This document shows positions 36,531 to 42,760 of a stretch of 42,760 nt of DNA, piece after piece; within the stretch, counting starts at the first letter, position 1; each line of letters opens with the position of its first letter. The DNA comes from an uncultured Lentisphaerota bacterium (lineage in GTDB: Bacteria; Verrucomicrobiota; Lentisphaeria; Oligosphaerales; CAJXKU01). The position numbers were made by a program, and so were the translations under genes. The notes under the pieces were generated by a model. The model worked only from the letters and a program-made list of their open reading frames with translations. It searched no databases and was not told where the DNA came from. Location: NCBI GenBank assembly GCA_913055945.1, contig CAJXKU010000001.1, positions 1 to 42,760 on the forward strand, read 5' to 3'.

Positions 36531-36810
36531 ACGAAAACGGGTATGGATCAAACGCTTGGCGTCTGCCGAAATGACGCTTTCTGCTACTGTGGAAAAATCA
36601 CCTTCGGAGGGGGAAGGCACCGTAGGTGGCCGAATGCGAAAAAGCGTTTTCTAAACACATCCCGGACGTGCGCCGAAACTCGATAGCCGGAAAACAGGAA
36701 GCAGCTTGACGAACACCCGTAGGAAGTGTAAATTGGCTCAACTGTTCTGGCAGGTAGCATTGCTTTTCCCTTTAAGCCATATGCGATAAAACCAAAAAAG
36801 GAGTATAGAG

Positions 36811-39800
36811 ATGAGCAAACGGGGACAAACCACGGCAGTCATGTTGGCGAGTATGTTTTTTACGATTGTGGGCGTGCAGGGGGAAACCATAACGTTGAAC
36901 CGGGGGATCGAGGATGTTGAGATTTCTGCAGAACTCAAGGATGGGGAGCCGAAGTCTGACGGCGAAACGGCCGGCGAAAACAACGAAGGCGCCGGGAGAA
37001 TGGTTTTGGGCGACAGAAAAGGGAAAAAGCGCGGCTTTATCCTGATGCGGCTGGACTTGACCAACATCAAACGTCTGGATCCGGAAAACATATCCGATGT
37101 CCAACTTGTGATGGATTATAATTATCCGGAAGGAAACCCTGAACTGGCGCTTTACAGGATCAGTGATCAGGATGCCGACTGGAACGTTGACCAGGCGACC
37201 TGGCGACAGAAAAGAAAAGGACAGACGTGGACCGGCGGTCCGGGTGGCGGAGAGCCCGGGGAAGGCACGATTTCCGCTGAACCGATGGCCACATATAAGA
37301 AAAGCGAAGGCGAAAGTAAGGCCGTCTTTGATATTCCCGCAGAGGTGATTCGGGAGTGGGTGAAAGAAACACCGGTTCTGGGGAAGAATCCCGGAATGAT
37401 GATAAGAACTGTCGAAGACCGCTCGATGTTCGTGAGTTCTTCGGACGGCCGCAGTCATCATCCGATACTCAACATGGAGGCCGATTTTGAGGCCGACAGG
37501 TTGTTTTTTGAAGCGATCGAAGCAAACGTGAAAATCAGAGGAAGCGGAAAGCTTGGCGAGTGGTTGCTGGAGGATGCCCTCGATATTCGTTATTCTAGGG
37601 GGTATGCGCCGATGAAGTTTAATCCCGCTTTGCGTGTGACGCCTCCCTCCGAGCTGCACAACCGCTGGAACCGAATGCACAATGCCTGCGAGCAGGTGAT
37701 CCAGGGCGACGAGGGGCTGATGCTCGTGTCTCGTCTGGACTGGGAGTGGAGAGTTGATGACAAATACAAGAAGCAGTTGGAATATGTGCCGTTCGCGCGC
37801 CAGCAGGTCACCCGAATGGGAGAAGTCGTAGGCGGGGTCGAATATGGCTTGGCTAAAAAGCCTGACGTATGGATTCCGCAGGTGGAGGCTTTTCTGTATT
37901 TTGTCCGTTCCGAAGACGCGCAGGATAAGCTGGCAGAGGACGACCCCTACGGCTTTGTCCCCGTCGATACGGAGATCCCGGAGTTCGAGCCGCCGGAGGA
38001 GTGGAACCTTTCTCCGCGAGAGGGTCCGGATCCGATGATGGTGCACGGCATGGACCTGCACGGTGGGGCCTTCCACACCACCCGGATAGCGGAGATGCAG
38101 AAGATCCGCATGCTGGGCTTCAATTCCATCATGTTCGGTGGTCAGACCGAGGAAGAAATGGAATGGGCCGACCAGAACAATATGCTGATCTCCGGCAGCC
38201 CGAATCTGACGGAGGAAGATCGGGAGGAAGGCCTGTCCGACCGTGCCGCTGCGGCGAAGAAAATGGCGCAGTATGATTGCTGCTGGGGCACTTATCTGGT
38301 CAACGAGGATTCGGCAGGCGGATGGGTGGTGTCTCTCTATAATTCGTACGTTGACGGTGAAGACTGGGGACACGGAGGCGATAAGTTTCCGGAACGAGTA
38401 AAGGATTTCCAGCAGGTCGCTGAAGGCGGTTTTGCCCGCTGGGCGAAAAAGAAGCACGGCAGCTTGGAGAAGCTTAACAGCCGCTGGAACACCGACTACG
38501 AAAGCTGGGATGAAATCGATGTCCCTCCGGCGCGGCTGAGTGAAATGAAAAAGGTCTACGGGGTCGAGAACAGGGACTACCAGTATAGACTTCGCTTTGG
38601 CATCCGCGGAAGACGGTACGCAATGGCGGAGTATCCGGACCTGCTGGATTTTTTCCGGTATACCAACCGGGTATGGGCAAGCTGGTACGATGAACAGATC
38701 AAAGAAATGAGACCCTACCTGGGCGAGAATTTCCACTACACCACAAAGGCAAAGCCCGAACCTTTCATGCTGCGGGCTTCCGAGCAGTTCAACGGTGCCA
38801 GCCACGATCATGGCCCCGGGAAACATGCCGCGGTGGAGAACCAGATTTTTATCGACACTGTGCAGATCGCCAAAGGCTGGCCGGTCTGGAACAGCGAAGA
38901 CCACAGGTATCATGGGTTTGCTACACCGAGGCGCGTCAGGTACGACATGTTCAGTAATTACCTGATGGGGCAATTCCAGGATACGGCCTATGCGTGGGTG
39001 GAGGCTCCCCGTAACCGTACGACAAAGGGGGATGGCCAGATGCTCGCCGAGGATTCACGCATCAGAAGCCAGATCCGCCGGTATGAAGACATTTTCCGCG
39101 CGCTCCTTGAGGCACGCGGCGACGCTGATCTTGCGGTCCTTGCCAACGAACAGAACAGGGCGTGGGATGAGTATCATCCCCGGCCGGAGGAATCGTATCT
39201 GGGCGGCGCCATTAAGGCGTTTGCGTATATGGGGGCGTTGGGTCGTCACTGGAAATATGTACTCAGCCACGACGTTTCCCCCGAACACGTGACGGGCAAA
39301 CTGATTATTGATGCCCGCTGGCTTACGAATGAGACGCTTCAGAAAATAGCAGACCTCCCCGCGGACCGCGAACTCGTGGTGGTGGGGGATATGCCGGAGA
39401 AGAACGAGTATGGGGAACCGCTTCCTGAAGACGAGTTGCAGCAAGTGAAAGACCGTGCGGAAAAAGTGGCCGCGTGGGAGAATCTCACCGAAGCAGTGCC
39501 GGCGGCGGACGGTCTGATGGATCCCTACACCCGGATATCGGAGGCCAAATGGTGGGTATGGAATCGCTTCCGCGGTCGGGAAGCGTGGTTCCATATGCTG
39601 CCGGTGGCGCGGCTTGAAGTCCGGCGGGTCAAACACGATGGAAACCTCTATCTGGCGGTGATGAACCATCGGGACCGCGCGATTACGGCGCCCATTCCGT
39701 GGGCGGAGGGCAAGGAAGTGAAGGAACTGATCGGCAAGAATCCCGGCGAAATCGTGGAAGATCCCGATAACTACCGCTTTAAACGGGAAGGCGTGGCCTT

Positions 39801-39816
39801 GTTCGAAATCCGTTGA
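36811..39816 (+). CDS. Secreted GH42-like multidomain protein, paralog 2 (DNRLRE-like beta-sandwich + SBP-like module + TIM barrel + trimerisation-like domain)
   Basis: AGGAG lies 7 nt before the ATG; signal peptide MSKRGQTTAVMLASMFFTIVGVQG. The N-terminal domain has a DNRLRE-like pattern (GFILMRLDLTNI..ISDVQLVMDY..LALYRISDQDADWNVDQATWRQK). Candidate acid/base is E499 in LVNEDS (nt 38305-38307). A GH42-like block follows: FARWAKKKHGSLEKLNSRWNTDYESWDEI. Candidate nucleophile is E696 in PVWNSEDH (nt 38896-38898). Confidence 0.75.
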   Translation: MSKRGQTTAVMLASMFFTIVGVQGETITLNRGIEDVEISAELKDGEPKSDGETAGENNEGAGRMVLGDRKGKKRGFILMRLDLTNIKRLDPENISDVQLVMDYNYPEGNPELALYRISDQDADWNVDQATWRQKRKGQTWTGGPGGGEPGEGTISAEPMATYKKSEGESKAVFDIPAEVIREWVKETPVLGKNPGMMIRTVEDRSMFVSSSDGRSHHPILNMEADFEADRLFFEAIEANVKIRGSGKLGEWLLEDALDIRYSRGYAPMKFNPALRVTPPSELHNRWNRMHNACEQVIQGDEGLMLVSRLDWEWRVDDKYKKQLEYVPFARQQVTRMGEVVGGVEYGLAKKPDVWIPQVEAFLYFVRSEDAQDKLAEDDPYGFVPVDTEIPEFEPPEEWNLSPREGPDPMMVHGMDLHGGAFHTTRIAEMQKIRMLGFNSIMFGGQTEEEMEWADQNNMLISGSPNLTEEDREEGLSDRAAAAKKMAQYDCCWGTYLVNEDSAGGWVVSLYNSYVDGEDWGHGGDKFPERVKDFQQVAEGGFARWAKKKHGSLEKLNSRWNTDYESWDEIDVPPARLSEMKKVYGVENRDYQYRLRFGIRGRRYAMAEYPDLLDFFRYTNRVWASWYDEQIKEMRPYLGENFHYTTKAKPEPFMLRASEQFNGASHDHGPGKHAAVENQIFIDTVQIAKGWPVWNSEDHRYHGFATPRRVRYDMFSNYLMGQFQDTAYAWVEAPRNRTTKGDGQMLAEDSRIRSQIRRYEDIFRALLEARGDADLAVLANEQNRAWDEYHPRPEESYLGGAIKAFAYMGALGRHWKYVLSHDVSPEHVTGKLIIDARWLTNETLQKIADLPADRELVVVGDMPEKNEYGEPLPEDELQQVKDRAEKVAAWENLTEAVPAADGLMDPYTRISEAKWWVWNRFRGREAWFHMLPVARLEVRRVKHDGNLYLAVMNHRDRAITAPIPWAEGKEVKELIGKNPGEIVEDPDNYRFKREGVALFEIR

Positions 39817-40074
39817 AAAACGCACCGTCGAGAAAATCCCAGGTGACGGGTTTAACCAAAAAGACAAAGGGGATCGGAAGTTGTGCTCACCTCCTGACAG
39901 GGGGATATCTGCCTTCTGGTCTGTGGAAAGGATGACCTGGAAACCGGAGAAGATAACGTCGAAACACATGTAACCTCCTGTTCGGGCATAGAGGCGAAAC
40001 TCATGTGCTTTGCTTGTAGATAGTTCCCCCGGAACGCTGAGAACATACACAATACTAGAAAAGGAAATCCAGGT

Positions 40075-42760
40075 ATGAAAAGAATATTGGGCATTATTAC
40101 GGGAAGCATCGCTGTCATATCAATGTCATTAACAGCTACAGCGGAGGAGCCCATCGCCCTGACAACGGATATGATCAAAGACACCCTCCTGAGGGTGAAA
40201 ATCGCGGATGGGGAAGAAGTTCTGGACGGCGAGCGTGCCGGAAAGAATTTTAAAGACACCGGCAGGCCACGGATCGGAAAAAGCGACACCGGTCTGTCGC
40301 GTGTGCTTTTACGAATCGATGTCTCCAATCTCAGATTGCTGGACCTGAAAAACATCGACAAAGCTCGCCTTGTTTTAAACTATTCCTATCCCGGCGGGAA
40401 CCCTACCCTCGGGTTATACCGCGTGACTGATCAGGACGCTGACTGGAATCTCGAGCAAGCCACCTGGAAACAGAAAAACAGCGACGAAGAATGGACAGGC
40501 GGCACGGGCGGAGGTGAACCCGGTGCCGGCACGTATGCGGAAGATCCCATCGATACATGCAAAGCAGACAATGGCGGCAAAGTTGAGTTCGAAATTCCGT
40601 CGTCGTTGGTACGCACCTGGATCGAGGGGGACAATGCCGACCAGAAGAATCCGAGTATCATGCTCAGATTTGAAGACAAGGGCAGCGTAAAACTGCAGAC
40701 GCAGGGGTATCCCCCGGGCAGCAGCACGCACTTGTACGTAGACGCCGATTGGAAAGCGGACAAAGCCTTCTATCGCAAGGCATCCGGTAAGCTTTCACTG
40801 TTGGGTGCTCCCGCTGTTGACAAACAATTGATCGACCAAACCCTGCAATCCGCTTTGCAGGAATTCAACCCGAATCTGAGCAAGGTTCCCGCTGATGATA
40901 TTTCCACCCGGTGGTGTCGTTGGTACCCTGGCCAGTATAACGCGTTTAATATCGTCCGGCAGGGTGGCTACGATCTGGCCATTACATCGCGTCAGGATTG
41001 GAAAGAACGGGTTTCGGAAGAACAGAAAAAAGGCCTAACATATGTTCCGGTCGCCAAACAACTGGTTTATCGCGACGGTGATGTCGCGGGCGGTGTTGAA
41101 TATGCGGTTGTGTTCCGGAACGATGCATGGATTCCTCAAGTACATGCCTTTGTGAAAGCCCTCCGCTCTTCGGTTGCTCAGAAGAGGTTGGCCCAGGACA
41201 ACACCTACCTTTTCGCTCCGCTAGACAAAGAACTGCCCTCTTTTGAGCCGCCGTCTTATTGGCGGGAAAAGCCCTGGAAAACGGAAAAGGAGCCTATGAT
41301 GGTTCATGGCGTGGATTTCCACCAGGGGGGCTATTATACCACGGTATTGGCTGAATTGACGAAAATGAAAATGCTGGGCTACAACTCCGTCATGTACGGC
41401 GGTCATCCGGAAAAAGTCATGGAGTGGGCGGATGAGAACGGCATGTTGCTTTCCGGTATGGCCCATGTAACAAAAGAAGATCGGAAAGGTGGACGCTCGC
41501 GTCACGCCGCTGCCGCCAAAAAGATGGCAAAGCATCCCTCTTGCTGGGGAGCATTCCTCGCGAATGAAGATACGGCGACCCACTGGATGGTCAAAATGTA
41601 CCGCGGGGAACTCGGCAAGAACCCCCCCGCCCGTGTCAAGGCCTTCGCCAGGGTGAAATACGGCGGATTTGAAGAATGGGCAAAGCAAAAACATAAAAAT
41701 CTGGAAAAACTGAACGACCGATGGAACACGGATTATAACAGCTGGGCGGACATATTCTTGCCGGATCCCCGGTTGGAGGAAATCGTGGACATTTATGACC
41801 GGATACTCGATCCGGAAGATGTGGGGTACCAGTGGCGCACCCGCCTGGGAGCGCGAGGGATCCGCTATACAATGGCGAAATACCCGGATCTGCTGGACTT
41901 ACATCGCCAGTGCCGCCGCGTCTGGGCCAGTTGGTATGATGAGCGTATAGTGGAAATGCGCGAGTATCTCGGCGATGATTTCCGATATACCGTCAAAGCG
42001 AAACCGCAACCGTACACCCATCGGGCGTCCAAGCAGTTCAACGGCGCCTGTCACGACCACGGCCCGCCGAAGAGTGGAGCGGTGGATCTTCAGATTTTCG
42101 TGGATACAGTGCAGATCGCCAAAGGATGGCCCGTGTGGAATGCGGAGGATCACATATACACCCCGCCGTCCACGCCGCGGCTTGTACGGTTCGATATCTT
42201 TTCCAAATACCTGATGGGGCAGTTCCAGGACACCTCATACTACTGGGGAAGCACCAGCGGCAGAGCCATATCCCGCAAACGCGGCACGGAGCATTATCAG
42301 GCGGAGAAAGAGACGCGCGACAAGATCCGCAGATACGAACCGATCCTCCGGGCGTTCCTGGAGGCACGGGCAAAGGCTGATCTCGCGGTGCTGGTAACCG
42401 AGGGCAACCGCGCATGGGATGAATATGATCCGCGGCCGGAGGAATCGTATCTCGGCGGAGCGATCAAGGCCTATGCCTATATGGGGGCGCTCGGGCGACA
42501 ATGGAAATACGTGCTGGACCGGGACATATCTGCGGAAAGCGTGCAGGACGTGCTGGTCATCGATGCACCGTGGTTGACGGATCAGACGATAGAGCGACTC
42601 AGCAAACTCCCTTCGGACCGACGTCTGATCGCAGTCGGCGAAGTGCCGAACACGAACGAGTATGGGGAACCGCTTCCCGAAGACGCCCTCAACAAAGTGA
42701 AGAAACGCGCCACCGTGATTCAGGACTGGCCCGAACTGAGCGATGTTGTTAAACCGGCGG
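40075..42760 (+). CDS. Secreted GH42-like multidomain protein, paralog 3 (3'-truncated by the window end; absent from the ORF track)
   Basis: My own translation from ATG 40075 gives MKRILGIITGSIAVISMSLTATAEEP..., open for 895 codons to the last base. It is collinear with paralog 2: RVLLRIDVSNL..LGLYRVTDQDADWNLEQATWKQK, FLANEDTAT, FEEWAKQKHKNLEKLNDRWNTDYNSW, FNGACHDHGP, WPVWNAEDH and WKYVLDRDISAESV..LIAVGEVPNTNEYGEPLPEDAL. Confidence 0.8.
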   Translation, partial: MKRILGIITGSIAVISMSLTATAEEPIALTTDMIKDTLLRVKIADGEEVLDGERAGKNFKDTGRPRIGKSDTGLSRVLLRIDVSNLRLLDLKNIDKARLVLNYSYPGGNPTLGLYRVTDQDADWNLEQATWKQKNSDEEWTGGTGGGEPGAGTYAEDPIDTCKADNGGKVEFEIPSSLVRTWIEGDNADQKNPSIMLRFEDKGSVKLQTQGYPPGSSTHLYVDADWKADKAFYRKASGKLSLLGAPAVDKQLIDQTLQSALQEFNPNLSKVPADDISTRWCRWYPGQYNAFNIVRQGGYDLAITSRQDWKERVSEEQKKGLTYVPVAKQLVYRDGDVAGGVEYAVVFRNDAWIPQVHAFVKALRSSVAQKRLAQDNTYLFAPLDKELPSFEPPSYWREKPWKTEKEPMMVHGVDFHQGGYYTTVLAELTKMKMLGYNSVMYGGHPEKVMEWADENGMLLSGMAHVTKEDRKGGRSRHAAAAKKMAKHPSCWGAFLANEDTATHWMVKMYRGELGKNPPARVKAFARVKYGGFEEWAKQKHKNLEKLNDRWNTDYNSWADIFLPDPRLEEIVDIYDRILDPEDVGYQWRTRLGARGIRYTMAKYPDLLDLHRQCRRVWASWYDERIVEMREYLGDDFRYTVKAKPQPYTHRASKQFNGACHDHGPPKSGAVDLQIFVDTVQIAKGWPVWNAEDHIYTPPSTPRLVRFDIFSKYLMGQFQDTSYYWGSTSGRAISRKRGTEHYQAEKETRDKIRRYEPILRAFLEARAKADLAVLVTEGNRAWDEYDPRPEESYLGGAIKAYAYMGALGRQWKYVLDRDISAESVQDVLVIDAPWLTDQTIERLSKLPSDRRLIAVGEVPNTNEYGEPLPEDALNKVKKRATVIQDWPELSDVVKPA

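Noticed and set aside
36748-36763. Sigma54-like promoter TGGCAG-gtagca-TTGC about 50 nt upstream of paralog 2
   Set aside because: GG (36749-50) and GC (36762-63) are 13 nt apart rather than the strictly conserved 12 (GG-N10-GC), and the -24 element is TGGCAG, not TGGCAC. I treated it as a near miss only.
36772-38973. 733-aa ORF on the minus strand, one of the longest in the track
   Set aside because: It is exactly codon-aligned antisense to the 1001-aa GH42-like gene (both frames are congruent to 1 mod 3). Its stops can only arise from sense TTA, CTA or TCA codons, which this GC3-rich gene avoids. The translation is R/P/H/L-rich with no recognisable motifs, whereas the sense strand has a signal peptide, an RBS and two paralogs.
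39055-40050. 331-aa minus-strand ORF spanning the end of paralog 2 and the following spacer
   Set aside because: It is codon-aligned antisense to paralog 2 for most of its length and has no motifs or RBS. The sense gene is well supported.
1-42760. Search for tRNA, rRNA, CRISPR arrays, IS elements, integrases, prophage or toxin-antitoxin modules
   Set aside because: I found no T-loop/anticodon-arm-like cloverleaf candidates in the intergenic regions I read, no regularly spaced repeats, and no transposase, integrase or phage-like ORFs in any frame.

Overview
The window is a mosaic. Bases 1 to about 600 are about 72% GC and look haloarchaeal: a very acidic small secreted protein and a 'DRRTYLQAIG' twin-arginine signal. 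This stretch reads in frame into a bacterial GGDEF gene at about 50% GC, so I suspect a chimeric join or a foreign fragment. The remaining ~42 kb looks like ordinary bacterial chromosome. Its gene content suggests a PVC-type organism (Kiritimatiellota, Lentisphaerota or Planctomycetota); that is inference only.

The bacterial part contains:
- Housekeeping genes: fba, ptsI, tmk-holB, rph and rsmA.
- Signalling genes: a GGDEF cyclase with an I-site, an orphan sigma54 enhancer-binding response regulator, and two Ser/Thr-kinase-like proteins that each begin with a C4 zinc ribbon. One is coupled to a metallophosphoesterase. The other carries 14 WD40 blades and a degenerate GFG in place of DFG.
- A compact Type II restriction-modification pair: a beta-class DPPF methyltransferase and a BamHI/BglII-like endonuclease.
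- A nucleotide-sugar block (cysQ, a DegT aminotransferase, an epimerase), an orphan LarE, and an AraC/GH4 divergent pair.
- A glycan-utilisation-like cluster at the 3' end (32-42.8 kb).

This glycan cluster is the most interesting part of the window. It has three secreted paralogs of a divergent multidomain GH42-like protein. Each combines a solute-binding-protein-like module, a clan GH-A TIM barrel and a GH42 trimerisation-like domain; two also carry an N-terminal DNRLRE-like beta-sandwich. They flank a GH109-like Gfo/Idh/MocA oxidoreductase. The third paralog (40075 to the window end) is open-ended and is missing from the supplied ORF track.

I recognised no rRNA, tRNA, CRISPR array, transposase or integrase. 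All family calls come from motif recognition by eye, not from searches.
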